A stretch of 64,000 nt of DNA from Octopus vulgaris (GCA_951406725.2 OX597837.1:11966001-12030000); one strand, 5' to 3'. Counted from the first letter of the stretch, positions 25,373 through 38,859 are shown. The notes: a model not told the origin generated them from the letters alone. A program made the numbers and translations.

Positions 25373-26831
25373 TTAACCCCTTTTGTTACCATATTTCTGT
25401 TGAGATGCTCTGTGTTTCTTTCAATTAATTTTAATATAACAAAGAATTTAGTAAAACAACTTAGTTATCATTAAGCTGGTGTTAGGAACATAAATTGTGA
25501 CTAAGGTTTGGTGGAAGATTTTAATTCAAAACTTATGAAAACAAGACATTTGTACTCAGAGCCAGAGGTGGTTTCGGCTGGGTTGGTAACGAAAGGGTTA
25601 AGAATTGTTTCTCTATTATATATTTTAACCCCTTTGTTACCATATTTCTGTTGAGATGCTCTGTTTCTTTCAATTAATTTTAAATATAACAAGGAGCTTA
25701 GTAAAATAACTTAGTTATCATTCAACTAGTGTTAGGAACATAAATTGTGACTAAGCTTTGGTGGAAGATTTTAATTCAAAACTTATGAAAACGAGACATT
25801 TGTACTACAGAGTCAAAGGTGGTTCAGGTGGGTTGGTATCAAAAGGGTTAAGAATTGTTTCTCTATTATATATTTTAACCATTTTGTTACCATATTTCTG
25901 TTGAGATGCTCTGTGTTTCTCTCAATTAATTTTAAATATAACAAAGAATTTAGTTAAATAACTTCGTTATCATTAAGCTAGTGTTAGGAACATAAATAGT
26001 GACTAAGGTTTGGTGGAAAATTTTAATTCAAAACTTATGAAAACGAGACATTTGTACTACAGAGCCAGATGCAGTTTCAGTCAGGTTGGTAACAAAAGGG
26101 TAAAAGATCGTTTCTCTATTATATATTTTAACCCTTTTGTCACCATTTTTCTGTTGAGATGCTTTGTGGTTTCTTTCAATTAATTTTAAATATAACAAAG
26201 AATTTAGTAAAATAACTTAGTTATCATTCAGCTAGTGATAGGAACTGTTATGATGTGGGTGCTTCCCACAGTTATGATGTGCAGCTACTGTTGTGACTGT
26301 AGCTATTGTATAAATTTTAGTAGCCATGATATTTTACTGGTATTGGATATGGTGTATCTTTTCTATACCGGAATGTTAATACACCACTTCATCTATTGTG
26401 CTATTTCCGATAGCTCTGCAAGACACCGAATTTGAACTGTCTTCCTTGACTGTTACTCGAAACTCGACTATAAGATGTAACTGACACTTAACTCCAACTG
26501 AGAACTCAACGAGTCTACAACAACTGACACATGACCCCCTGCACTGGTTGACCTCTTTTCAGTTTTTAGTGACTTGTTCCTACCACTTGTCCCATGAGAG
26601 GAGTGTACCATTTCCACTACAACTGGAACATGAATTGTGGCTAAGGTTTGGTGGGAGATTTTAATTCTGAATTTTTGAAAACAAGACATTTGTACTACAG
26701 AGCCAGAACCGGTTTCGGCCAGGTTGGTATCAAAAGGGATAGGAATTGTTTCTCTATTATATATTTTAACCCTTTTGTTACCATATTTCTGTTGAGATGT
26801 TCTGTGTTTCTTTCAATTAATTTTAAATATA
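25373..26831. repeat. Tandem array (~250-bp period, about 5 units) of a TTAA/CCC-ended piggyBac-like MITE
   Basis: Each unit runs ttaaccc(c)ttt...aaagggttaa plus a 23-bp spacer. Related copies at ~12163-12408, 14870-15210 and 35041-35170. Confidence 0.8.
26246..26624. mobile_element. Solo-LTR-like insertion in the MITE array
   Basis: Flanked by a 5-bp duplication ggaac; ends TGT...ACA(act). Related inverted fragment at ~41670-41740. Confidence 0.5.
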
Positions 26832-27610
26832 GCATGGGTTGGACGATTTGACTGAGGACTGGTGAATCAGATGGCTGCACCAGGCTCCAATCTTGATCTG
26901 GCAGAGTTTCTACAGCTGGATGCCCTTCCTAACACCAACCACTCCAAGAGTGTAGTGGGTGCTTTTACATGCCACCGGCGCGAGGGCCAGTCAGGCGGAG
27001 GGCCATGATTTGAATTAGTCATACGTTATGTTGTAGCTTTGAGATTTTGGTGATGTGATTGTTTTCTTTTAGTAAAACATTGTAGGTTACGTGTAAGAGA
27101 CTGTAATTGGCCAATTTGTATTTGGCCAAATACTCCAACTCGCATGGCTCAGTGGTTAGAGCGTCGACCTTACGATCGTGAGGTTGTGAGCTCGAATCCC
27201 GGACCGGGCTGCGTGTTGTGTTCTTGAGCAAGACACTTTATTTCACGTTGCTCCAGTTCACTCAGCTCTAAAAATGAGTTGCTACGTCACAGGTGCCAAG
27301 CTGTATCGGTCCCTTTGCCTTTCCCTTGGATAACACTGGTGACGTGGAGAGGGGAGGCCGGTATGCATAGGCGACTGCTGGTCTTCCATAAACAACCTCG
27401 CCCGGACTTGTGTTTAGGAGGGTAACTTTCTAGGTGCAATCCCATGGTCTGTGTCGTGACCGAAGGGGGTCTGCGATTTGGCCAAAATATTGCATTTTGG
27501 CCGGGTATGTCTGGTTTAAATGCTAAAGGGCTGGAAATCCTCCAAGCAATCCTTGTCATCTCAACATCCATGCCTTATTCAATCTCTCTCTCTCTCTCTT
27601 CTTCTTTCAG

Positions 27611-27756
27611 ATAAATTTTATAGTGTGTCAGCTCGTGGCCCTTCTCCTGGGTATTCCATTCCGCAGAGTTTTGTCACCGAGGAAAACCAGTACGACAGTA
27701 CGGCATTTGGTGGAGGTGCTTGTTGGTGTCGCACTGACTGTCTTCTGTTTCGGATA
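27611..27756 (+). CDS. MBOAT1/2: MBOAT1/2-like lysophospholipid acyltransferase, first visible coding exon (INFIVCQLVALLLGIPFRRVLSPRKTSTTVRHLVEVLVGVALTVFCFG)
   Basis: Polypyrimidine tract ending cttctttcag, donor gtaagt at 27757. 146 nt, phase 0 to 2. Peptide matches the N-terminal 'NF.vCQl.AL...FR..L...RH.....G.....FCFG' pattern of MBOAT1/2 and oysgedart. Confidence 0.9.
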
Positions 27757-28645
27757 GTAAGTATTCCTTTCCAACTCTTCTTCACATTTACTCTCTTTGT
27801 CTCTCTCTCTCTCTGGGATTTTTTCCTACTTTTCTTAACATGAAACCAATGGTAGCCTTAATTCACAAATAAAGAATATATATATATATACTCTTTTACT
27901 CTTTACTCTTTTACTTGTTTCAGTCATTTGACTGCGGCCATGCTGGAGCACCGCCTTTAATCAAGCAACTCGATCCCGGGACTTATTCTTTGTAAGCCCA
28001 GTACTTATTCTATCGGTCTCTTTTGCCGAACCGCTAGGTGACGGGGACATAACCACACCAGCATCGGTTCTCAAGCGATGTTGGATGGGACAAACACAGA
28101 CACACAAACATACACGCACACACACACACACATATATATATATACATATATAAGACGGGTTTCTTTCAGTTTCCGTCTACCAAATCCACTCACAAGGCTT
28201 TGGTCAGCCCGAGGCTACAGTAGAAGTCACTTGCCCAAGGTGCCACGCAGTGGGACTCAACCTGGAACCATGTGGTTGGTAAACAAGCTACGTACCACTA
28301 TGTAAAACAGAGTAATTAGCGAGGGATTATCAATCCAGGCGAAATACTTACTAAGCTCTCTGTTAGTACTCCAGTCTGACAACATGTTTTCGATTAGTAA
28401 ATCTTTGCGTATTCTTGTGGCAGGGTCCAAGGTTATAAGTTCATCACCGAACGGGCTGATTGAGTAAACCTATCAATAACGAACCCTTAACGACTATTGG
28501 CAACAGGTGTAAGTCAAATTTACTGCAATAAACAAAAATAATTATTTATGCGCTGTCTTCTCTGCGTGTGTGTGTTGTGTTGTGTGGGTGTATATATGTA
28601 TGTATATATATATATATATATATACATACATACATACATATATAC

Positions 28646-28676
<31 letters not shown>

Positions 28677-29378
28677 CATATACATACATATATACTTATA
28701 TATATACATACATATATACATATATATATGCATATACATACATATATACATTTATATATATATACATACATATATATATATATATATGTATGTATGTATA
28801 CACACTCAGCTGTAGAAATGAGTTATGACATGACTGGTGCCAAGCTGTATTGGCCTTTTGCCTTTCTCTTGTCAAGCCATCCCACCCATGCCAGCACAGA
28901 AGGTGGATGTTAAACGACAACGATGATGATGATGATGTGTGTGTGTGTGTGTGTGTGTGTGATAGGCTTCCACACTGTTTCTATTTACCAAATTTATTCA
29001 AAGGGCATTGGTTGGCCCAGGACTATAGTCAAGGGCATTTGTCCAAGGTACTGCATAGTGGGCCTGAACCTGAAACCACCTGATTGCAAAGCAAGCTTCC
29101 TAGCCACCCAACCATGCCTGCATCAATTACTGTATAAAAAAATAAAATAAAATAAAATAAAAATAATACATTTTACAAAATGCTCATGTCTTGAACAGAA
29201 GTTCTGAAGCCTTAAATTTTATTTAAACCCCGCCCCCAAAATAGTGGGTTACCTAGAGACCCTTTTTTTTTCTGGTATTTGAGAACTACTGCCCCATAAT
29301 TGATGATTTCCATGTAAATTCCAACACTAATCAATTGTTTTTTTTTCTACTTTCTCTTTTGATTTTTTTCTTGTCCAG

Positions 29379-29549
29379 TCAAGTATGGCACATTGTGGCT
29401 CAGTCCGCTGTGACATACATTATCCTGTTAGTGGCGCCGGCGATGCTGGCCCATAAGATTGTTTTTGTGTTTGCCATGGGTTACCTGTCCTGTATGCACA
29501 TCTACCGGCAGTATTACGATTACGGAGGATATACAATGGATATAACTGG
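29379..29549 (+). CDS. MBOAT1/2: MBOAT1/2-like exon ((Y)QVWHIVAQSAVTYIILLVAPAMLAHKIVFVFAMGYLSCMHIYRQYYDYGGYTMDIT(G))
   Basis: Acceptor ttgtccag, donor gtaagt. 171 nt, phase compatible with the previous exon. Carries the conserved YLS..HI.R...DYG.Y..DITG motif. Confidence 0.95.
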
Positions 29550-29579
29550 GTAAGTAAGCGGAGCAATAAGATATCACCA

Positions 29580-29859
29580 TGCGTGCATGTGTGTGTGTAC
29601 GTGTGTACGTGTGTCTCCACGTGTTCTCTGTGCATGTATGTATGTATGTGTGTGTGTGTATGTATGTGTGTGTATGTATGTATGTGTGTGTATGTATGTG
29701 TGTGTGTATGTATGTGTGTGTGTGTGTGTGTATGTGTGTGTGTGTGTACGTGTGTCTCCATGTGTTCTCTGTGCATGTATGTATGTATGTGTGTGTGTAT
29801 GTGTGTGTGTATGTATGTGTGTGTGTATGTATGTGTGTGTGTATGTATGTGTGTGTGTA

Positions 29860-29898
<39 letters not shown>

Positions 29899-29915
29899 GT
29901 GTGTGTGTGTATGTA

Positions 29916-29956
<41 letters not shown>

Positions 29957-30030
29957 GTGTGTGTGTGTGTGTGTGTACGTGTGTCTCCATGTGTTCTCTG
30001 TGCATGTATGTATGTGTGTATGTCCATCTG
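29580..30030. repeat. (GT/GTAT)n minisatellite with three copies of gtacgtgtgtctcca(c/t)gtgttctctgtgcatg
   Basis: Direct inspection. Confidence 0.9.
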
Positions 30031-31189
30031 TGTGTGAGTCTACATGCTCTTAGTTATAGCTTTACCTGCTTCAAGTCCTGAAGTTAAAAAAATAATTGTT
30101 TCATGTTCTCTCAGAGTTTCTAAATTCTTATGTCATAAACCTCTTGCAATTCTTGATGGTAAAAACAAAATTTTCAAGGTGTGTAATGTTTGTCATTCCT
30201 ACACAAGATGGGGGTTCAAATCCCACCAGTGGCCTTTGAGTTTTTTTATCCAATGTTTTTTTAACCCAATATTTACAAGCTATTATAAATCGAATGACTT
30301 ATTTTTTTATAGGCCTAGTACTTATTCTATCAGGCTCTTTGGCCAAACTGCTAAGTTACAGGGATGTAAATACACCAACGTTGCTTGTCAAGTGATGGTG
30401 GGGGTACAAACACAGACACACACACATGTATATAGGACAGGCTTCTTTCAGTTTCCGTCTACCAAATCCACTCACAAGGTTTTGGTCAGCCTGAGGCTAA
30501 AGTAGAAGACACCTGCCCAAGGTGACACACAGTGGGATTGAACCTGGAACCATGTGGTTTGTTAGCAAGCTACTTACCACACAGTTACTCCTATATATAT
30601 ATATATATATCGATGCCGAGTCAAGTACATCAACATCAGCAATATCAAAATCAAATCAAATGGAAATTGTATTTGTGAGCCCCGTGCCGGTAGCACGTAA
30701 AAAGCACAATCCGAACGTGGCCAACGCCAGTGCTGCTTTGACTGGCTTCCATCCTTGTGGCACATAAAAAGCACCATCCGATCATGGTCGATGTCAGTTC
30801 TTCTGGCCCCTTGTGCCGGTGGCATGTAAAAAGCATCCACTACACTCTTGGAATTTTGGTGTCAGGAAGGGCATCGAGCTGTAGAAACACCACCAGACCA
30901 TATTGGGGTTTGGTGCAGCCTCCTGGCTTCCCAGACCCCAGTTGACCCATTCAACCCATGCCAACATGGAAAACGGACGTAAAATGATGATGATGATGAT
31001 GATGATACACACACATACACACAAAGAGCTTCTTTCAGTTTCCATCTGTCAAACCTACTCACAAGGCTTTGTTCGACCCAGTGCCATTGTAGAAGCCACT
31101 TGCCCAAGGTGCCACACATAGGCACTGAACTTTGTATATCTGTGTGTAAATGTATTTCTCTGTGTGTATATATATATATATATATATAC

Positions 31190-31531
31190 GTTTAAATATT
31201 TGTTGTGCAAGATTTTTTATGTGAAGTCGTGTGTTGAAACAGATATTGTTATATTTCGGAATGGTCATTTTGCTAGTTTAGCCAATAAAAACACACACAC
31301 TATATATTTGGTGTTATTTTGCTTCAGTGTTATCTATTTTTTTACATTAATCTTAATATTATTTCGGCCAATGATGCGGTCACAGGAGTGTGACGAAAGA
31401 ACTCTGGCCGAAATAAGATTAAGATTAATGTAAAAAATAAATAACACTGAAGCAAAATAACACCAAATATATAGTGTGTGTGTTTTTATTGGCTAAACTA
31501 GCAAAATGACCATTCCGAAATATAACAATAT
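31190..31531. mobile_element. Fold-back, Penelope-like-terminus element in (TA)n; relative at ~52905-53165
   Basis: Inverted arms 31243-31370 and 31405-31531 with a degenerate hammerhead at the apex. The relative keeps CTGAAGA...GAAA on the minus strand (53025-53052). Confidence 0.6.
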
Positions 31532-31605
31532 ATATATATATATTTGTACATACATAACATACACACTTTTTAATTAGCCGCTAATTATTGTTTTTTGATT
31601 GACAG

Positions 31606-31716
31606 GCCTCTCATGATCAGCAGCCAAAAGCTGACCAGTCTGGCATTCAACCTCTACGATGGCAGGTATCGCGACGACAAAGATTTATCGAAAAGCCAGC
31701 GCCAGTATGCTGTCAA
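31606..31716 (+). CDS. MBOAT1/2: MBOAT1/2-like exon (PLMISSQKLTSLAFNLYDGRYRDDKDLSKSQRQYAV(K))
   Basis: Acceptor ttgacag, donor gtacgt. 111 nt, in frame. Carries the conserved GPLM...QK.TSLAF...DG motif. Confidence 0.95.
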
Positions 31717-32945
31717 GTACGTAGATATTGGAGTATTTTAATCATGTGATCTCACGACCTCATGACCTTTGTGTTGTTCATCTTATTCTTGTTGTTATTG
31801 CTGAGCTCCAGATATCAAAGCTGTTCCAGATATGACCACTCCATCGTTTTTTTTTTATTTTTGGTTCTCCATGGTGGTTTGTGATTCGTTGAGGGAGTTT
31901 GGTTAGTATTTCTAGCAGATGTAGTGACCACATAGAAAATGCCCGTGATGTGTTGTTTTATTATTTTTTTGTATTTGTGTTTTGTATTTGCAATCCTTTT
32001 ATCTTTTTACTTGTTCCAGGCACTGTGCTGCGGCCATGCTGGGGCACCACCCTTGAAGGGCTTGAGACAAACGGGTTCAGCGCTAGCGCTCATTTTTAGA
32101 AGTTTGGTAGTTATTCTGTCAGTCTCTTTTGCCACAACTGCTAAGTTATGGGGATGTAAACAAACCAACACTGGTTGTCAAATTGTGGAGGGACACAAAC
32201 ACAGATACAAGAACAGACACAGACACACATATATGTACACTCACATGTGTACACACACATACATGTATATACACACACACACACATATATATACACACAC
32301 ACATACACATTCCCAAGATAGATAAAGGTCCTTCCTGAGTCTTATAGACTCATAAGGGCTGGTTTCCTGGCCTCCATAACATATATATTCCCCACCTGAG
32401 TGGGCTGGAGTATCGTGAAATAAAGAGTCTTGCTCAAGAGCACAATGCATTGCTCGGCGCAAGAATTGAAACCGCGATCTTACAATCACAAGTCCAACAC
32501 CCTAACCACTAAGCCCCCACCACACACACACACAGCAGGCTTCTTCATAACTTCCATTTATCAAACTCACTCACGGCCCCAGAACTGTAACAGAAGACGG
32601 TCAGTGAGATTGAACCCGAAATTACATGGTTGCAAAGCGACCTTCTTAGCCATGTAACCATGCCCGCTGTGTATTATATTAGACAAACTCATGCCAGAAG
32701 TATGTAATTTCATTACGAACTGCTGTGTGTGACGCCAGCCAAAATATTCAGACAAGCTGCTGCTGCTGCTGCTACTGCTGCTGCTGCTGCTGCTGCTGTT
32801 GTTGTTGTTGTAGTATGTGACATTAAACAAATCAAACTGTCTGTGTGACATTAGAGAAAGTTTTAAGCAGGTCTGTTGTGTCTCACGAGACTTTAGACTA
32901 ATAACTGGCAGCTGACTGGTATTTCATTACAGTAATTTATGCATC

Positions 32946-32982
<37 letters not shown>

Positions 32983-34589
32983 GTTAATTAACAAGCTGCT
33001 GTGCCGGTGATCGTTATTTACAACTGCTTAATTGTCTTAATGATTTTTCTCACCCACCCACCCACCCCCCGCCAATTATGAATAATGTGAAACTGAAAGT
33101 GTTTATGGTATCAGAGTCTCTCCTTATGCGTTCATTGACCCCCTGTTTTTACACCCTGTTGCAGGGGCGGACCGAGAGTATTAAGGGCCCTCGGGCATAA
33201 CTGTTTACTGGGCCCCTTTGAATGAGTGTTTTAGTAGAGTTAACATGGTAGTGTGGAGGCACATGGCCTAGTGGTTAGAGCTGCGGACTCGCGGTCGAGG
33301 GATCGCGAATTCAAACTACCTGGTCACAGGAGTAGTGTATAAGTGGCCGAGTATTCCACAGAAGCATGTCTTATAAACGTAATTGCAATGCTGTTGGTGG
33401 TAGTTGTTGAGTGACTGTGGTTTTTTTTTTTTTTTGTGGCAGTGGTGGGCGCATAAAGAATTATTGTTGTGGTGTTACCAATAGTTGCAATGATGGGATT
33501 TGAATGTTATAAAGGACCATAACCATAGCCCTAAAACACCTCCAAATATTTCCATTTTCAGCCGATGTTCAACGAACCCTTCAAATCCACCACCCTATCA
33601 AATTCGATGACTGGCGTCCATGCTAGCAGGGTGCAAAGAGCACCATACGAGCATGATTATTGACGGAACGGCCAACCGGCTTCTGTGTCAGTGGCACTTA
33701 AAGGGCACCATTCGAGCGTGATCGTTACCAGCATCGCCTTACTGGCACTTATGCCCATGCTAGTAGGGTGCCAAGAGCACCATCCGAGCGTCATCGTTGC
33801 CAGAGCAGCCAACTGGCTTCTGTGCCAGTGGCACGTAAAAGGGCACCATTCGAGCGTGATCATTACCAAAGTCGCCTTCTGGCACCTGTGCTGGTGGCAT
33901 GTGTAAAAGGATTCGAGCGAGGTCATTGCCAGTATCGCCTGACTGGCCCCCGTGTAGGTGGCACGTAAAAAGCACCCACTACACTCTCGGAGTGGTTGGC
34001 GTCAGGAAGGGCATCCAGCTGTAGAAACTCTGCCAGATCAAGACTGGAGCCTGGTGCAGCCATCTGGTTTGCCAGCCCTCAGTCAAAACCGTCCAACTCA
34101 TACTAGCATGGAAAACGGACGTTAAACAATGATGATAATAATAATAATAATGAAATTATTGTATACAGTGCTCAGGTGCACCACAACTTGTCAGAGTATA
34201 TGCAGTAATGCACAAATATCTGGAAAGCGAACAGTGTATGAGTCAGATACATGCTTGTGTGTGTATGGAGGGGAGAAAATCAGGTGTAGTGTTGGCGAAT
34301 CTCAGTAAGCATGGAAGTTTTGAAGGATGCAGTGCTCCGACAACTAACAACTGATGCCGGCAGTTTGTTCCATGCTTCAGCAACTCTCAGCGTGAAAAAA
34401 TGTTTCCTAAAGTCATGGGAGCTGTGCTGTTTTCTGACTTTGTAAATATGTCCACGGGTTTTAGACAGGTGGAGTTTGAAAAGGTGCTCAGAGTTATTGT
34501 TTGTACGATGGTTGATAATTTTATGATGATTATGATGATATTAATTATTATTATTATTATTGTTTTAATGCTTTGTCTTTTGGTTTCAG

Positions 34590-34719
34590 GTCGATGCCAT
34601 CGCTGCTTCACTTTACCAGTTACATGTTTTACTTTCATGGAATCATTATCGGTCCTCTTGCCTTCTATGCAGACTACATGCATTTTATAAACGGAGACTG
34701 GTACCGAGAGTGGGAAGTT
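34590..34719 (+). CDS. MBOAT1/2: MBOAT1/2-like exon (SMPSLLHFTSYMFYFHGIIIGPLAFYADYMHFINGDWYREWEV)
   Basis: Acceptor tggtttcag, donor gtaagt. 130 nt, in frame. Carries the conserved PSLL...SY.F.F.....GP...Y.DY..FI.G motif. Confidence 0.93.
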
Positions 34720-35335
34720 GTAAGTAAAACGTGTTCTTGGTATTAAGTACCATTCGTTTAGGGAGCATTCGGGTGGAACTATCAGCACCCCGGACACAAT
34801 GCGTGGCTGGGTTTCGTCTGTCTTTATGTTCTGAGTTCGAATTCCGCCAAGGTTGACTTTGCCGTTCATCCTTTCGGGGTTGATAAAATACGTAGCAGTC
34901 AAGTACTGGGGCTGATGTAATCAACCAGCCCTCTTCCCCCCCCATCCCCAAATTTCAGACCTTGTGCCTATAACAGAAAGGATTATTATTGATGCAAAAA
35001 TGGTGAGCTGGCAGAATCGTTAGCATGCTGAACGAAATGTTTAACCCTTTTGTGACCAACCCGGCTGAAACTGCCTCTGGCTCTGTAGTACAAATGTCTC
35101 GTTTTCATAAATTTTGAATTAAAATCTTCCACCAAACCTTAGTCACAATTTATGTTCCTAACACTAGCTGATTGCAAGTTCAATTCCAGGCAGTTACCTG
35201 AATAATAATAATAATAATAATAATACTAATGATAAAGATAATGATAATGATGATGATAATAATAATAATAATAATAAAAACAACAACATTGAAAAATTCC
35301 TTAGGAATGAGAACCCATGTTTGAAATTTCCCCAA

Positions 35336-35381
35336 AACACCTGATGAAGGCTGGAAGGTATATCAGCCGAAATGTCATGTT
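35336..35381 (+). ncRNA. Putative minimal hammerhead within a tRNA-headed SINE
   Basis: aacac-CTGATGA-a-ggctgg..tcagcc-GAAA-t-GTC-atgtt. Confidence 0.65.
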
Positions 35382-36201
35382 AACAACAAACAAGATGAGG
35401 ACAAATATCCATCAAATGTAAATAATGTAAATAATTCCTCATCTCTTAAATACAGAACTGTAAAGGCTAAACAATTAAACCAATGATAATCATATACACT
35501 TTTACTTGTTTCAGTCATTTGACTGCGGCCATGCTGGAGCACCGCCTTTAGTCGATCAAATCGACCCTGGGACTTATTCTTTGTAAGCCCAGTACTTATT
35601 CTATCAGTCTCTTTTTGCCGAACCACTAAGTGACGAAGACATAAACACACCAGCATCGGTTGTCAAGCAATGCTAGGGGGACAAACACAGACACACAAAC
35701 ACACACACATATACGACAGGCTTCTTTCAGTTTCCGTCTACCAAATCCACTCACAAGGCTTTGGTCGGCCCGGGGCTATAGCAGAAGACACTTGCCTAAG
35801 ATGCCACGCAGTGGGACTGAACCCGGAACCATGTGGTTGGTTAGCAAGCTACTTACCGCACAGCCACTCCTGCGCCTATGATAAATGATAATGAAATATT
35901 TTTTCCCCAGGATCTCAACTTTCTACATTTTTGTCCCTGCCTTCCCAGTTCCTTGTCCTTTTCCTTCCTCATGAGGTAGATACAGCTATTCCAAAACGCC
36001 ACTATTAAATTCTTTAAAATACTGAAATTTAAAAAGAAAAATTATTTTCTAAAAGTAAATTTTATTTCTAAAACATAACTTATATCTTAAAAGAATTAAC
36101 TAACATTTATTTATTTTATTTTAAAGAATTTAAAAGATTAAAACGAATTTTTTCCTATCTTATATTTCATTTATTATTATTATTATTTTTTCCTGTTCTA
36201 G

Positions 36202-36249
36202 GACGGCCGAATAGTTCAGAAGCCTTTAGAAAATGTGCCATCGCCAAGA
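36202..36249 (+). CDS. MBOAT1/2: MBOAT1/2-like 48-nt exon (DGRIVQKPLENVPSPR)
   Basis: Acceptor tttttcctgttctag, donor gtaagt. Symmetric phase 0-0. Ends in the 'PSP' that precedes the next helix in this family. Confidence 0.8.
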
Positions 36250-37018
36250 GTAAGTTTCTCTTCATCATTCTCTTTTTTTTTATATAATTTTATTTTTCTG
36301 TTATATCTTGGGAGGGTCATTATGCCAGTAAGGACACACACACAGACACACTTGTTCGGTTTCACTTCTTTTTATTCTAGTTAACCATTTAACTAATAAA
36401 TCAATCATTGAATCAGTCAACCAGACAGTCAGATTCGTCAAAGGCCATTCATTATCGTTCACAATCTCTATTCTGATTGACTGAATGATTAACCAAACAA
36501 TTGATTGCTTAAACAGTTAATTAGTTGACTAATAATCATAATGAAAGCAGTGAAATCGAGTTCCCAGGTTGAAGTCCCTGGTGTTAGCGTTTTCGCTGGG
36601 AGATCAGGTAAATTATCTCCCCTACAACAAGGGAGATAATCTATCATTACTAACTAAAACTGGGAGAGAAAAAACTGCCAAAATCTGTTCACACACACAC
36701 TCTCTCTTATGCATGCGTGAATTCTCGGGTAGTATATTGTCCGGACCAAGGGATCCAAGGAGACGCACAGAGATATTAAAAAAAAAAATTTAAAAAAAAA
36801 CGAGGGCGTGGAGTCTCATGAATTTTTGACGTGGTTGAGGTTGGTCTCACCCCTGTCCCATCCAGGGTCCTGAAAGCAACTTTGCTGTAGCTTGTAAAAT
36901 TTCTCCTGGAGGCCACACACAACTGGAACCCTCATCATGGTAACTGGTGGAGTTTCCCCCCCCCCTTCCCACTTGTTTATGTAAACAAGGTGGACAGATT
37001 TGTCCAGTTTTTAATTGT

Positions 37019-37248
37019 TTAACCCTTTAGCATTCAAACCGGCCATATCTGGCCAAAATATTTAACCTGTTTTATATTGAAACTGACCAGATCTTGCCTC
37101 TCACCTCAGCCCTACCATGTCCATTCTAAAACTAAAAAAATCACATCACTGAAATCTCTAAACTACAAGATAATGCAGGATTAATTCAAACCATTTTAAA
37201 TAAACAAACATCACATTTGACAGAATAATCTGAACATTAAAGGGTTAA
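37019..37248. mobile_element. Second TTAA-flanked piggyBac-like MITE family
   Basis: ttaaccctttagcattc...aaagggttaa. Fragments also at ~11704, 25308, 27010-27530 and 58757. Confidence 0.65.
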
Positions 37249-37327
37249 AATGTCAGAACCTCTTCTGTGATGAATGAGATTTGTTGTTCTGGTAACTGTG
37301 ACTTTGTTTTTGTTTTTCTGTTTGTAG

Positions 37328-37418
37328 GTGGCTGTTACGAAGAAGCTTATCGGCGCCTGTGTTTGTGCTGTCATCCTGCTCACAATGCCGAAAATCATCC
37401 CGCCACAGAAGATGCTGG
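37328..37418 (+). CDS. MBOAT1/2: MBOAT1/2-like exon (VAVTKKLIGACVCAVILLTMPKIIPPQKML(E))
   Basis: Acceptor tttgtag, donor gtacgt. 91 nt, phase 0 to 1. 'AV.KKL' followed by a hydrophobic helix. Confidence 0.88.
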
Positions 37419-38859
37419 GTACGTTAACATTAACAAACTTTTTTGTGCCAACCTCGTCTGGCACCTGTGCCAGTGACACGTAAAAGCACCATCCGATTGT
37501 GGCCGTTTGCCAGCCTCGTCTGGCACCTGTGCCGATAGCACATAAAAAGCACCCACTACACTCACTGAGTGGTTGGCGTTAGGAAGGGCATCCAGCCGTA
37601 GAAACATTGCCAGATAAGACTGGGCCTGGTGCAGCCTTCTGGCTTCCCAGACCCCAGTTGAACCGTCCAACCCATGCTAGCATGGAAAGCGGATGCTAAA
37701 CGATGATGATGATGACATCCGAATCTCCATCTCTTGTTCCTTGTTTGCTTGATGTCTGATGCTGTCAAGCTTTCTTCTGTCTGTAAACTTAATCACGTCT
37801 GTACTCCAACTTAAAAATTAAAGTACTGCTTATTTGTACTTGTGGTAGCATTCAACCAGGTTGAGTTGAGCCAGCTTCGACCAACGACTCCTGGGCTGCG
37901 CAGGGCATTGAGCTTCTTGCACGAAACACTTCATTTTATGTTGCTTTGTGATCACTTATGGCACAGTGCGCACCAGATCATCATCATCATCATTCCTTAT
38001 CGTCATCGCCACCATCATCATCATTGCCATTGCCATCATCATTCCTCATCATCTTTGCTACCATCATCATCATAATTATCACCATCATCATCAGGGATCA
38101 TCACATCCCTCACAAAAGCTGACCACATCTGACAGCTGGCCATAGTTGAGGCCTTAATGGTTGAAAAATGCCCCGCAGGGAGAGCAATGGCGTCGGATAT
38201 ATTACAGATGCTGTAGCTGCAGTAGTATTCACCAGAGGTGAGTTGAGCCGGCTCTGACCAACAAATTCATCAAGACCCTCTCAGATACTGACCACATCCA
38301 ACAGTTGGCCACAATCAAGGCTGTAATAGTTGACAAATGCCCCACATAGAGGGCAAATGCACCAGAGAGCGCAGGTGCTGTAGCCATAGTCATAATTCGC
38401 TGTTGAGGTGTAGAGTTCATGTGTACTTTCGTTAGTTTGTTACTCCCTTCCTGGCCCCTTTTCTCTCTTGCCTCTTATAATGCTGGATTACCTTAGATGC
38501 TCATCGTTTACACAACTCATCCTATCACTTTTTCAATTTTTGTTCCTCCCTTTTTTTTGCTTCACCTTTGCCAATGATCCCTTCCTTCTCTCCCTCATTC
38601 CTTGTCATACTCCCCCCATCCTCCTCTTACCTTTTCCTCATCACTCACTCATTCTTCTATTCTTGCTCAGTTATAGGGGCCACTTTAGGTGCATAACCTT
38701 GGTCTGACACAGGATTCCCCATTTTTGCCAGCTGAGTGGACTGGAACAACATGAAATGAAGTGTTTTGCTCAAGAACACAACACATCACTCTTATTTACA
38801 CAAAACATATGGAACTTTCCGTTTGAGTATATCGTTTTCTTTCTTTTTTTCCCTTTCAG

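Noticed and set aside
25373-26831. Regular repeat-spacer pattern resembling a CRISPR array (also the 26-bp repeat at 43485)
   Set aside because: The context is eukaryotic, units are ~250 bp with near-identical spacers (or no spacers), and there are no cas genes.
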